Source: Glycocaulis sp.
GTDB taxonomy: Bacteria; Pseudomonadota; Alphaproteobacteria; Caulobacterales; Maricaulaceae
Direction of reading: 5' to 3'
NCBI RefSeq assembly: GCF_052168375.1
Contig: NZ_JBQLZR010000309.1
Coordinates: 1-42,477, forward strand
Length of the DNA stretch: 42,477 nucleotides
Position numbers and translations under genes: made by a program. This document shows positions 1 through 9,437 of the stretch, piece after piece. Below the pieces are notes generated by a model that saw nothing but the letters and a program-made list of their open reading frames with translations, had not been told where the DNA came from and did not search any database. Each line of letters starts with the position of its first letter. The stretch's first letter is position 1.

Positions 1-1128
1 CATCAGCAGATAGGTCTGCTCCGCGCCGCGCAAATCGCCTTGCGTGGCATGACGTATGGCAAAGACGCCCCGCTCGGTGCGCAGGACCGCGCCATGGACC
101 GAGCGCTCGACCGGTCGCGTCACCTGAAAGGCGAACGGGCCCCAGAGGTGGACCAGCATGCGTGCGGTCGACCGCTCGAACGGCACATACTCGCCATCGA
201 GCAGGTAGGAGCGGTCATCGTCGGAGACGGTCAGCTCATAGACATCGATAAGATCTGGCCGGTTGATCGTCGCGGCATGGGCCAGCCCCGGATTGGCGCC
301 CAGATGCAGCACCGGCACGCCGGGAAACGTGCCGCCAGCAAAGTTCAGTCCCTCTGCCGACATCATGTGGGTTTCATACCAGGCGACCGGCCCCTCGACC
401 GGCTGGTGGGAATTGATGACTACCCGCGTCGCCCCGTCATCGGAGCGCGAGGGCGCAACTGCAATTGCGTTGGAGCCCAGCTCATGGCGCTCGCCCGGGG
501 CTATGAAGTGCACCTGAAGTTCCTGCCCGCGCGCGCCATCACGCTCGACATCAGGCGCGAAAAGCTCGGTCAGCACATCGCTCATGCCGTAAAAGAGCGG
601 GAAGTAGAAGGCGGCCAGTGCGGCCACATCTTCCCCGGTCACCGGGAAGAGATCACGCACCCGCTCGTCCGGGTGCAGCGCCGCATAATAGTTCAGCCCC
701 GCCGCATAGCCGCTGAAGAGAGCGCGGGTGTCGAGCGATAGCTGGCTTTCATACTCGGCGGCCACAAGGTCGGTCACGCCGAGCGCCTGCACCAGATAGG
801 CGCCTCTGGCCTCGCTCTCGTCAGCGGCGAGCATCTCCGGCCCCAGCGCAGCGCGCAGCGCAAACTGGATAGTGGCGAAATCATCTTCTGCGTGGGCGTA
901 TGCGAGCGCGAAAGCGGCATCGCCATCGGTCTCACCATAAACGCGCGGCACGCCCCATTCATCGCGGAAAATTTCCGCCTCGAAATGCATGGCATCAGCG
1001 AGCGCGGCCTCCTCGTCAAAGCTGCGCACCTCCAGCGGAACAAGGCGCAGTCCCGCGCCAAAGGCGCCAGCGACTGCAATAGCCAGCACTACCGGCACCG
1101 CTATGACCCAGATACGTCCGATCCGCAT
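1..1128 (-). CDS. Penicillin acylase / Ntn-hydrolase family acylase (3' part runs off the window)
   Basis: Not in the ORF track; translated manually from ATG 1128: N-terminal hydrophobic anchor, EIFRDEWGVPRVYG..AFALAYAHAEDDF alpha-subunit motif, beta-subunit start GSNAIAVAPSRS..INSHQP..WYE. Confidence 0.9.
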   Translation of the reverse strand, partial: MRIGRIWVIAVPVVLAIAVAGAFGAGLRLVPLEVRSFDEEAALADAMHFEAEIFRDEWGVPRVYGETDGDAAFALAYAHAEDDFATIQFALRAALGPEMLAADESEARGAYLVQALGVTDLVAAEYESQLSLDTRALFSGYAAGLNYYAALHPDERVRDLFPVTGEDVAALAAFYFPLFYGMSDVLTELFAPDVERDGARGQELQVHFIAPGERHELGSNAIAVAPSRSDDGATRVVINSHQPVEGPVAWYETHMMSAEGLNFAGGTFPGVPVLHLGANPGLAHAATINRPDLIDVYELTVSDDDRSYLLDGEYVPFERSTARMLVHLWGPFAFQVTRPVERSVHGAVLRTERGVFAIRHATQGDLRGAEQTYLLM

Positions 1129-1232
1129 GGAACCGCCCCCCGTTTCGTTGACTGCCGGGTCAGTGTGCACGCCAGAGGCAGACGCGCAACGATGGGCTTG
1201 CGCCGTGCACCTGCGCAACGCACCATCGCGCC

Positions 1233-1649
1233 ATGAGCCATATCGACCCGACACGCGAAGCCTTCACCCTGTTCAAGGGTCTCGACCGCACCCAGCCGGT
1301 GGAGATGCTGAACCTGTTACGTTTCCGCGAAATCGCCGCCTACCCGGACGGCCGCAAGATGAGCGGAGAGGATGCCTACAAGGCCTATGGACGCGAAAGC
1401 GCACCTGTCTTCCAGCGCGTGGGCGGCAAGATCATCTGGCGCGGCGCGCCGCAGGTAACGCTGATCGGACCGGCTGAGGAGCGCTGGGACATGGCCTTCA
1501 TCGCCCGCTATCCCAGCGCAGCTGCGTTTCTGGAAATGGTGACAGACGCGCACTACCAGCAAAATGCCGTGCCGCACCGTCAGGCTGCGGTGGCCGACAG
1601 CCGTTTGGTGCGCCATGCGGCCCTGCCGGTTGGGGACATGTTCAGCTGA
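1233..1649 (+). CDS. DUF1330 domain-containing protein
   Basis: MLNLLRFRE..SGEDAYKAYG..GGKIIW..WD..YPS..AF pattern. Confidence 0.8.
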   Translation: MSHIDPTREAFTLFKGLDRTQPVEMLNLLRFREIAAYPDGRKMSGEDAYKAYGRESAPVFQRVGGKIIWRGAPQVTLIGPAEERWDMAFIARYPSAAAFLEMVTDAHYQQNAVPHRQAAVADSRLVRHAALPVGDMFS

Positions 1650-2316
1650 CGCCCAGAAGGCGCGTCAGCTCCTCTACGCTTTGTGCATAGGCTGGTGCAC
1701 GCTGCGCCACCGCCTCGCGCCGCACCACGCCGCCAAAGCCGATAAAGGCATCGGCTCCGCCACCGGCGAACGCCTCGTAGTCGGTAATGCCGTCACCGAC
1801 CATCACGGCAAGGTCGGCGCCCGTGAGGCTTTTCAGTGCTGCGGCCACCGGCCCTTTGCCGCCAGAGCGCGAGAGCGGATTGTCGCGGTCAAAATCACTG
1901 ACCTTGCCGGCCTCATCAAAGACGAACCGGTTGGCCCGGATTTCACCGGGCGCGAACCCGAGCGCGGCAAGAGCAGGGGTGATGAGTTCGGAAAACCCGC
2001 CCGACACTGCGAACACGCCCAGCGAGCGCGCACGCAGCACGTCGATCAGTTCCGCCATGCCCGGCGTCAATTCGGCGGTGAGAGCCTGCGCTGCGTCCTC
2101 GACATCGCTGCGTTGCAGCCCGGCCATGGCAATGCGGATTTCCAGCGACTGCCTGAAATCGAGGGAACCTGCCATGCCCTTGTCGGTGATGTCTGCCAGC
2201 TTTGCGGCACGCGCCTTGCCGTCCGGTTGACCTTCAAGGGCGCGGGCCACGGCAAAGTCGAGGCTCTCCACCTTCAGCAACGTGGAGTCCACATCAAAAA
2301 TGATGATACGCGCCAT
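1642..2316 (-). CDS. HAD-IB phosphoserine phosphatase
   Basis: FDVDST, SGGF, GK, GDGITD, FIGFGG motifs. Confidence 0.85.
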   Translation of the reverse strand: MARIIIFDVDSTLLKVESLDFAVARALEGQPDGKARAAKLADITDKGMAGSLDFRQSLEIRIAMAGLQRSDVEDAAQALTAELTPGMAELIDVLRARSLGVFAVSGGFSELITPALAALGFAPGEIRANRFVFDEAGKVSDFDRDNPLSRSGGKGPVAAALKSLTGADLAVMVGDGITDYEAFAGGGADAFIGFGGVVRREAVAQRAPAYAQSVEELTRLLGVS

Positions 2317-2343
2317 CGCCCGGCCCCCGGAAAACCCGTCCTG

Positions 2344-3012
2344 CTAACCCGCAGCCACGATACCGGTTCCAATCGGGCAGGTGACGCCCGTGCCGCCAAT
2401 GCCGCAATAGCCGTCCGGGTTCTTGGCAAGATATTGCTGGTGATAATCCTCGGCGTAGTAGAACGGCCCGGCCTCGCGGATCTCGGTCGTCACCGCACCC
2501 TTGCCGGCGTCCTGCAAAGCCGCTTCATAGGCTTTTGCCGAAGCCTCGGCCGCGTCCCGCTGCGCCGCGCTGGTCCAGTAAATGGCCGAGCGGTACTGCG
2601 TGCCGATATCATTGCCCTGACGCATGCCTTGCGTCGGGTCATGGCTTTCCCAGAACACCTTCAGCAAGGTCTCAAAGCTGATGCGCTTGGGGTCAAAGAC
2701 CACCCGCACCACCTCGGTATGGCCGGTGCGGCCCGAACAGACCTCTTCATAGGTCGGGTTCGGCGTGATACCGCCGGCATAGCCAGCTGCCGTGTTCACC
2801 ACGCCCGGCAACTGCCAGAACACGCGCTCCACGCCCCAGAAGCAGCCCATCGCAAAGATCGCCTCTTCGTGGCCCGGTGCGATTTCGGCTTTCAGATTGC
2901 CGCCCTTGACGAAATGGGCGGCCGCCGTCGGCAAGGCCTGGATGCGGCCCGGCAAGGCTTGATCCGCCGGAACAAGCTCGGTCTTCCATTGTGTATCGCT
3001 GCGCAGGCGCAT
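2344..3012 (-). CDS. msrA: Peptide-methionine (S)-S-oxide reductase
   Basis: [32 protein letters not shown]-terminal GYCG..C; start trimmed to ATG 3012. Confidence 0.95.
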   Translation of the reverse strand: MRLRSDTQWKTELVPADQALPGRIQALPTAAAHFVKGGNLKAEIAPGHEEAIFAMGCFWGVERVFWQLPGVVNTAAGYAGGITPNPTYEEVCSGRTGHTEVVRVVFDPKRISFETLLKVFWESHDPTQGMRQGNDIGTQYRSAIYWTSAAQRDAAEASAKAYEAALQDAGKGAVTTEIREAGPFYYAEDYHQQYLAKNPDGYCGIGGTGVTCPIGTGIVAAG

Positions 3013-3212
3013 GGGTTTGCTCCACTGGATCGTCGTTCGACGAAGAACATAGGCACGACACCCCGCCGCGTCATCTGCCGCGCCTGCATCACACCCTTCT
3101 CCGGCAAGGCAGGCACTGGCCAGCGTGGCCATCAACGCGCCATGATTACGCTGTGATGATCGCGCGCCTGCCCATGAAGGGCGAACAACACAGGTATGAG
3201 GGAAAACCCGCA

Positions 3213-4151
3213 ATGAGCGTCACAGTCATGGTCCTCCTGATCGCTGGCGGACTTGCAGCCTTGCTGGCAGGCGGTGAAAGCCTGGTGCGCGGCGCGTCTG
3301 GCCTGGCCGCCCGTCTAGGTCTGTCGCCGCTCCTGATCGGACTCGTTGTTGTGGGGTTCGGCACCTCAATGCCCGAGCTGACAACCTCGATCACTGCCGC
3401 GCTCGATGGCGCACCAGACATCGCCGTCGGCAATGTCATCGGCTCGAACATTGCCAACATTCTTCTCATACTGGGCCTTGCCGCCCTTGTCCGCCCGCTG
3501 GCAATAGACCTGCGACCATTCCGGCGCGACGGCACGGCGCTCGCCCTCTCGGCACTCCTCGGCGCGGGAATGATTGCCTTTTTCGGCCTTGAACGCTGGG
3601 GCGGTGCGATCCTGCTGGCAGGCCTTGCCGCCTACCTCGCCATATCCTGGTGGACGGGCAGGCAGGCACCGGCTGCTGACGACTCCCTGGCTACAGCGCC
3701 CAAAAGCCGCCTCTGGATAGACCTCGCTTTTCTGGCTCTCGGCTTTGCCGGGGTCATTGGCGGGGCCTGGCTGCTGGTTGAAGGCGCAGTTGCCGCGGCG
3801 AGCGCGCTGGGCGTCTCTCAGGCCGTGATCGGGCTGACCATCGTGGCGGTCGGAACCTCCCTGCCCGAGCTTGCCACCTCGCTCAGTGCCGCACGCAAGG
3901 GCGAGGGCGAGATTGCCTTTGGCAATATCGTCGGCTCCAACATCTTCAACATTCTGGGCATTCTGAGCGTCACCGCCCTGATTTCACCCCTTCAGGTGAC
4001 AGGCAGCCTCGCAAGCAGTGATCTTGTGATCATGCTGGGGGCTACCGTCATCCTGCTGGTGCTGGCTCTCTGGAAGCAACGCATCGCGCGCCTCGCAGGC
4101 GCGCTCTTCCTTGTCCTGTACGCTGCCTACATCACCTCGCTGGCGCTGTAG
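3213..4151 (+). CDS. Calcium/sodium antiporter (CaCA, YrbG-like)
   Basis: Two alpha repeats [16 protein letters not shown] and [16 protein letters not shown]; many TM segments; ATG 3213. Confidence 0.92.
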   Translation: MSVTVMVLLIAGGLAALLAGGESLVRGASGLAARLGLSPLLIGLVVVGFGTSMPELTTSITAALDGAPDIAVGNVIGSNIANILLILGLAALVRPLAIDLRPFRRDGTALALSALLGAGMIAFFGLERWGGAILLAGLAAYLAISWWTGRQAPAADDSLATAPKSRLWIDLAFLALGFAGVIGGAWLLVEGAVAAASALGVSQAVIGLTIVAVGTSLPELATSLSAARKGEGEIAFGNIVGSNIFNILGILSVTALISPLQVTGSLASSDLVIMLGATVILLVLALWKQRIARLAGALFLVLYAAYITSLAL

Positions 4152-4169
4152 GCAGCGTCGGACAGGCCA

Positions 4170-4877
4170 TCAGGCGGGCGCTGCAGCGCCCGCCATTTTG
4201 TGGATTTCACTCACCAGACCGGGGTCCAGCTCCAGCCGGATCGCCAGCATGTTGAGATAGGCTTTCTCCGCCGGTGTCTCGCTCTCGATCGCAACGAGGG
4301 AGGCGGCATAAATCTCGGCGGCGATTTCCGGGCTCGTCGCGCCTGCAATGACGGCGTTGAGATCCAGCGGTGCGGCCAGTTCGTCAAACACGAAAGCCTT
4401 GTCCTCGGCCGAGAGATCGAGCGTGTTCAGCCGGGCAAAGATGCGCTCCTTCTCGGCAGCATCAATCTTTCCGTCCGCCTTGGCCGCCGCGATCATGGCA
4501 CGCAGCAGCGTGCGCGCGAGCGCGTCCTGCGCGGTCTCGTCCGACGGCGCAGGCAGGAAGCCGCTGTTGGCCGGCGCTGCCTCATAATCGGCATCAATGG
4601 CCGGAACACTGCCCTGCGGCGCGACACGTGCCGATGCACCGGCAGCGCCGGACTGACCCGCATTCTGCCGGCTCTTCTGCCAGGCGTGATAGGCAAGACC
4701 GCCAATCGCCGCGACGGCGCCGTACTTTGCTGCCTTGCCCAGCATCTTGCGACCCGAGCCGCCCATCAGCATGGACGCAGCCAGACCGGCGGCAAGCCCG
4801 CCACCGCCCACCATCGCGGTCCGCCGCGCATTGGGGTCGTTCTGAAGGGCATCAAGAATGCGGTTCACGTCGATCAT
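4170..4877 (-). CDS. DUF533 / TerB-like (YebE-like) membrane protein
   Basis: GGLAYHAW, LLRAMIAAAKADGKID..E, AAEIYAAS..EKAYL..L motifs; ATG 4877. Confidence 0.88.
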   Translation of the reverse strand: MIDVNRILDALQNDPNARRTAMVGGGGLAAGLAASMLMGGSGRKMLGKAAKYGAVAAIGGLAYHAWQKSRQNAGQSGAAGASARVAPQGSVPAIDADYEAAPANSGFLPAPSDETAQDALARTLLRAMIAAAKADGKIDAAEKERIFARLNTLDLSAEDKAFVFDELAAPLDLNAVIAGATSPEIAAEIYAASLVAIESETPAEKAYLNMLAIRLELDPGLVSEIHKMAGAAAPA

Positions 4878-5025
4878 GGCAGCGTCCCGGGCAAGAGGTG
4901 AAAGCGGCAGCCCGGCAGACCGGTGCCACATGTGTGCATTGCACACATGGCAGGGAGATAGGCACAGCTCCGAGCCGTCTCAAGTAGGCCTGAACGCCTT
5001 GCGCAGCGCCGCCGTGTCAGCGTGC

Positions 5026-5053
5026 TTGACTGGCCATGGTTCTCAGATAGTTT
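5026..5053 (+). promoter_or_regulatory. Probable sigma70 promoter of the tRNA
   Basis: TTGACT-N16-TAGTTT followed by a GC-rich discriminator just upstream of the tRNA. Confidence 0.55.
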
Positions 5054-5065
5054 GCGCCGCCTTGC

Positions 5066-5155
5066 GGTGAGGTGGCCGAGTGGTCGAAGGCGCACGCCTG
5101 GAACGCGTGTATACGGGAAACCGTATCGTGGGTTCGAATCCCACCCTCACCGCCA
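5066..5155 (+). tRNA. tRNA-Ser (GGA)
   Basis: Acceptor stem GGTGAGG/CCTCACC, anticodon arm CACGC-CTGGAAC-GCGTG, long variable arm, GGTTCGAATCC T-arm, encoded CCA. Confidence 0.97.
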
Positions 5156-5262
5156 TAATCCCATGGCCTGACCTGTGCTCGCTGGCGTTCTGGAGGCAGA
5201 CGCGCCCGGCCCGCCCCTTGTCAGGGCAAGGAGCAGGCCGGTGACTATCGCGGGGGCAAGCC

Positions 5263-6438
5263 CTAGCGGCGATTGTCAAAAATCGCGAAGCCGATCGACA
5301 GAGATCCGTCCAGATTGCGTCCTTCGATACGCACCGTTGCCAGACGGCCATCGCGCATACGCACGCAGGACCACGAGCCTTCCTGAAGCAGGCCTGAGGG
5401 TATCTGTGTGGCCACAACCCGGCCGCAGTCCTCGGCGCGGGGAGTTGCCGATGCATGATAGAATGACACGCGCGCCGAACCGAGGGCTTCCAGACCCACA
5501 TTCGTCAGACGGACATCCGCATCAGCAAGCCCGTCCCGAATGGTCTGACCGATGAGATCGATCGACTGACCCGGTGACACCTGCAAGCGTTCGTCTGCAA
5601 CCGGCTCCAGAAGTGGAACAAGGGCTGTCTGAAAGGTCTCAGGCGCGCAGTCGGCAAACCAGACATGTTCACCATCCAACCCGTACCGGCCTGCAATGGC
5701 GAACGTATTGGCCTCCGCCTTTGGATATACCCGGCCCGCCCACTGACGATCACCCTCGGCAAACCTGATTTCATCCTCACGCCATGACGCAGGGACGGTG
5801 AGCTGTTCGCGCATGCTCACGCCGAGCACCTGCCCCTCAAGCACGGCATCGCCATCGCTCTGGGGCTGAACGGACATGCGGGCGGAAATTACATTGCCGC
5901 CCTCCAGCCCGATAATGCCGCAGCTCATCCGCGGGCCGCGCGGTGCAACCGCAACGAAATCGGGTTCGATCACCCCAACCGCCCCAAAGCCGGGTTCCCA
6001 GGTCGTGATGTCGAGACGCAAGACAGGCTCGCGCGCAGACAGGCCGTTGAGAAACTCGATGCGGGAAACATTGCCCAGATTGGTCCGTACGCACAGGTAA
6101 TCACCCGCCCGTATGCTGCGCGCGTCGAGCGGTGTTTCTGCAAGGGCAGCACGCTGACAGTCAGCAAATCCGATACCTGACGCGCGAAGCAGCGCGATTT
6201 GTGCACCGTTGGATGGTTGCAGACGCTCCGAACCGGGCCGGCCCAGCAGGATCAACTCACCCGTCGTCTGTGCGATGGTGCCTGCCTGACCCCGGTCGAG
6301 ATCGAGCAGATACGAAGTCTCCAGTGAGTCCGTGACCGTGGGGAGAATGCTGCGACGGCCTTCGAAGACAATTGTCTGGGCACTTGATGCAGCCGTGGCG
6401 GCAACCATCAGTCCGGCGGCAATAAAGCAGGCTTTCAT
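5263..6438 (-). CDS. Secreted hypothetical protein, architecture signal-A-B-A
   Basis: GGAG RBS before ATG 6438 (alternative GTG 6447 overlaps the upstream stop); signal peptide MKACFIAAGLMVAATAASSA; internal repeats. Confidence 0.8.
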   Translation of the reverse strand: MKACFIAAGLMVAATAASSAQTIVFEGRRSILPTVTDSLETSYLLDLDRGQAGTIAQTTGELILLGRPGSERLQPSNGAQIALLRASGIGFADCQRAALAETPLDARSIRAGDYLCVRTNLGNVSRIEFLNGLSAREPVLRLDITTWEPGFGAVGVIEPDFVAVAPRGPRMSCGIIGLEGGNVISARMSVQPQSDGDAVLEGQVLGVSMREQLTVPASWREDEIRFAEGDRQWAGRVYPKAEANTFAIAGRYGLDGEHVWFADCAPETFQTALVPLLEPVADERLQVSPGQSIDLIGQTIRDGLADADVRLTNVGLEALGSARVSFYHASATPRAEDCGRVVATQIPSGLLQEGSWSCVRMRDGRLATVRIEGRNLDGSLSIGFAIFDNRR

Positions 6439-6443
6439 GGTGC

Positions 6444-7241
6444 TCACTCCTGCCAGGTGACATAGCGCAGGCCAACCGGCATCCCGGCCGCGCGCGGTGT
6501 CTCAGTTACGATGAAGCTGGAAATCCGGTTATTGCCGGTCGACGCACAGAACAGGTCACCTTCGGCCAGAAAGGCCACCGGAATGGCGTCCTGGCTGGCA
6601 TCCTCCACTGCCGAAAGGCAGCGATCAATGTGGAGAGGGTCGAAGACACGGTCGGGATCCTGTCCCCGGGCCACCCGGATGAACCGGGCCGACAGAACCG
6701 GTGCCAGCGCGGGCGATATTCCTGCCGTGTGAATGATATCGGCGGCATCCATAGCGCTGCCAGCCATGCCGGTTTCGAGATCAAGATAGGCACCGCGGGC
6801 AAGGGCAATATCGCCGCGCGAAGCCAAACCTCTGCCGGCATCATCGATCTCTGCCGACATGTCCGGGTTGCGCGGCCGGCAATCACCAAACCAGACCCCT
6901 TGCCAGTCATCTCCATAGCGCCCGGCGAGGCGCCGCACTTCCGTCCCGTCCTCCGCTGTCAGATGGACAAACGCTTCATAGCGCTGGCCATTGATCATGA
7001 AGCGGACCTGCGTTGCCGACCAGTCCCCGCGCACGATGAGGGTGCTGCCCTGCCGCACAAGTTCGCCGTAAAGGCTGGTACCATTGACGTCCGCGCGCAG
7101 CACGGCGTCCTGGCGTGCATTCGATGCGATCTGACCAAAGCTCAACGCACACTCGTAGGACTGTTGTGCAAGAGCGGCAGGCGCCCAGAGCACTGCCGCA
7201 GCTAATGGCAAAAAGCCAAAAGACACATTTCCAAGCTTCAT
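6444..7241 (-). CDS. Secreted hypothetical protein, architecture signal-B-A
   Basis: AGGAGGG RBS, signal peptide ending ALA, modules shared with the downstream gene. Confidence 0.82.
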   Translation of the reverse strand: MKLGNVSFGFLPLAAAVLWAPAALAQQSYECALSFGQIASNARQDAVLRADVNGTSLYGELVRQGSTLIVRGDWSATQVRFMINGQRYEAFVHLTAEDGTEVRRLAGRYGDDWQGVWFGDCRPRNPDMSAEIDDAGRGLASRGDIALARGAYLDLETGMAGSAMDAADIIHTAGISPALAPVLSARFIRVARGQDPDRVFDPLHIDRCLSAVEDASQDAIPVAFLAEGDLFCASTGNNRISSFIVTETPRAAGMPVGLRYVTWQE

Positions 7242-7403
7242 GAAACTTCCCCTCCTGTTACGGACCGCCCTGCCCTCTTATCTAGATTCAAGAGTGCCAC
7301 TGGCCAGCACAAGGGTAAGCAGACGACCTGACTGCCAAATGAACGGGGAAATCTGCTCTGTCCGGTCAGCCTTCAGTCTCGCCGGTCCTATATCCTGCCC
7401 CGC

Positions 7404-8081
7404 TTACGCTGCGCGCCGCTGCGTGAGCAGCCGGATGCAAAACGCTGTCTCGGCGAGGATTGTTACGGCGTAGGCAGGCAGGAACGCCGCAGACAGCTCC
7501 GGTGCGAAGAACCGCAGCGCGCTGCCCGTCAGGTAGACGAGGCCGGCCAGAGCAAGACCAGCACCGAAAATTCGTGAGAACACGCCCGAACGCCAGACGA
7601 GCACACCCATGATCAGGCTGTTCACGGCGAAGAACACAAGGCCGAGATCGTAGCCGTGCCCGTGCAGGTCGAGGAATACCAGCGCCAGCTCCTGCGCATC
7701 CTCAATGCCGCTTTCGCCGGAAATCAGCAGCCACGCAATCTGCATGGCCATGAGGTTTGCCGCGATCAGGACGGTCTGGATCAGACGGAACACCATGGCC
7801 GAAAGGGCGAGCCCCGGAGCCATGGACCGGAAGATCAGAAGGAGCAGTATCGCCAGCCCCGCATCACACAGTGCCATGACGAGATCGGCTGCCATCGCCA
7901 GCCGGAACTGACCGGGCGCAGCCAGAATGGCCGCCGCCGTGCCTTGCGCATCTGCCAGATCAATGAGGGGCGCGCGCAGGCCCAGCTCCGCACCCAGCCC
8001 GGCAATGATGATGACGAGATAAAAAAGCCCCGCAAATCGGATCTGCCAAACCAGGCCCGGGGTCAGGGTCAGTCGGGTCAT
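7404..8081 (-). CDS. DUF4386 family membrane protein
   Basis: RFAGLFYL..GTAAAI..FRL..GLVFF..E pattern, about 6 TM; AAGGA RBS before ATG 8081. Confidence 0.8.
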   Translation of the reverse strand: MTRLTLTPGLVWQIRFAGLFYLVIIIAGLGAELGLRAPLIDLADAQGTAAAILAAPGQFRLAMAADLVMALCDAGLAILLLLIFRSMAPGLALSAMVFRLIQTVLIAANLMAMQIAWLLISGESGIEDAQELALVFLDLHGHGYDLGLVFFAVNSLIMGVLVWRSGVFSRIFGAGLALAGLVYLTGSALRFFAPELSAAFLPAYAVTILAETAFCIRLLTQRRAA

Positions 8082-8184
8082 GGCCGGTTTCCTTCGCAGT
8101 GAACACGCCTTCAATCCGGGAGTAGACCATACAATCAATGTCGAAGGCGATTATGGGTGCCTTGCATCCGTCCGCCCGCCTCAT

Positions 8185-9387
8185 TCAGCCCAGCGCTGCT
8201 GCATGGGCGCTCGCCCACGCCCACTGGAAATTATAGCCGCCCAGCCAGCCGGTCACATCGACGCACTCACCGATAAAGTAGAGGCCCGGTACCAGACGGC
8301 TTTCCATCGTGCGCGATGACAGTGCAGCGGTATCGATACCGCCGAGCGTCACTTCCGCCGTGCGCCAGCCTTCTGTTCCCGCCGGCAGGACGCCCCAGTC
8401 CGACAGGGCCTTGCACAAGGCGTGAATGCTGGCATGGGACATGTCGGCCATGCGCTCGAAAGCGGGCAAATCCCCGCGTGCGGCCAACAGGGCCACCAGC
8501 CGGTTAGGCAGCAGCGTTTCCAGCGCGCTCAGAAGCGATTTGCGCGGGCTTTCCGCCTTGAAGGCGATCAGCGCCTCGGCTGCGTTCTGGCCGGCGAGCA
8601 GGTCGAGGCGAACTTCGCCGCCCTCTCGCCAGTAGGAGGAAATCTGCAGGATGGCAGGTCCGGAAAGCCCCCTGTGGGTAAACAGCATCGCCTCGTCGAA
8701 GCTCGCGCCGTCGAAGCCTGCGCGCACCGGACAGGCAACGCCAGAGATCGAGGCGAAGTCCTCCTTCTCCCGGCCTTCGAACACGAAGGGCACCAGGGCC
8801 GGGCGCGGTGTAACGACCTCATGTCCGAACTGGCGGGCAATATCATAGGCAAGGCCGGTTGCGCCCATCTTGGGAATGGAAAGCCCCCCGCTTGCGACGA
8901 TCAGGCGGCCCGCCTCGATCTTCCCGCCTGATGTCTCGACCAGAAAGCCATCCGCGCTGCGTGCAATGGCACCGACGCGCGTTTCAAGACGCATCTCGCC
9001 GCCTGAGGCATGAAGCTCTCCGACCAGCATGTCGATAATGGCCGCCGAACGCCCGTCACAAAAGAGCTGGCCCAGCGTCTTCTCGTGCCAGCCAATGCCG
9101 TGACGGGCGAGCCGGGCGGTGAAGTCCTCCGGAGTGAAGCGCGCCAACGCGGACCGTGCAAAATGCGGATTTTGGGAGAGGAAGGCTTCCGGCCGGGTAT
9201 GGATATTGGTGAAATTGCATCGCCCTCCACCCGAAATGCGCACCTTTTCGGCTGGCTTGGCCGCGTGGTCGACGACCAGCACACGCAAGCCCGCCTCGCC
9301 CGCTCGCGCGGCGTAAAATAGGCCCGCAGCGCCGGCACCGATAACCAGAGCGTCAACGCGCGTCAGTGAATTGGAAGGGTTGGACAT
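8185..9387 (-). CDS. HI0933/YhiN (BaiN-like) NAD(P)/FAD-dependent flavoprotein
   Basis: IGAGAAG, ISGGGRCNFTN, LFTHRGLSGP, AEVTLGG, GWLGGYNFQWA; AGGAGG RBS before ATG 9387. Confidence 0.93.
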   Translation of the reverse strand: MSNPSNSLTRVDALVIGAGAAGLFYAARAGEAGLRVLVVDHAAKPAEKVRISGGGRCNFTNIHTRPEAFLSQNPHFARSALARFTPEDFTARLARHGIGWHEKTLGQLFCDGRSAAIIDMLVGELHASGGEMRLETRVGAIARSADGFLVETSGGKIEAGRLIVASGGLSIPKMGATGLAYDIARQFGHEVVTPRPALVPFVFEGREKEDFASISGVACPVRAGFDGASFDEAMLFTHRGLSGPAILQISSYWREGGEVRLDLLAGQNAAEALIAFKAESPRKSLLSALETLLPNRLVALLAARGDLPAFERMADMSHASIHALCKALSDWGVLPAGTEGWRTAEVTLGGIDTAALSSRTMESRLVPGLYFIGECVDVTGWLGGYNFQWAWASAHAAALG

Positions 9388-9437
9388 GCGCCCTCCTGTC
9401 CGGCGTTGCGCGTGCGGCGTCAAGTCGGCAAACCGCC

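Noticed and set aside
1129-1149. GGAAC...CGTT near the acylase start
   Set aside because: Spacer is 12 nt, not 16-17
40-1236. Plus-strand ORFs at the window start
   Set aside because: Shadows of the minus-strand acylase gene
3047-3075. RpoH-like promoter upstream of msrA (GATGAC-N16-CCTATGT, minus strand)
   Set aside because: The -35 element is too degenerate to call
1564-3156. 530-aa plus-strand ORF
   Set aside because: Antisense shadow of the phosphatase and msrA genes; no motifs
8106-8149. Inverted repeat CGCCTTC..GAAGGCG upstream of DUF4386, considered as riboswitch or MerR-type operator
   Set aside because: Only 7-bp arms and no convincing consensus match
5156-8184. Integrative element at tRNA-Ser
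   Set aside because: No integrase and no duplicated tRNA 3' end found by eye; at most a variable-gene hotspot
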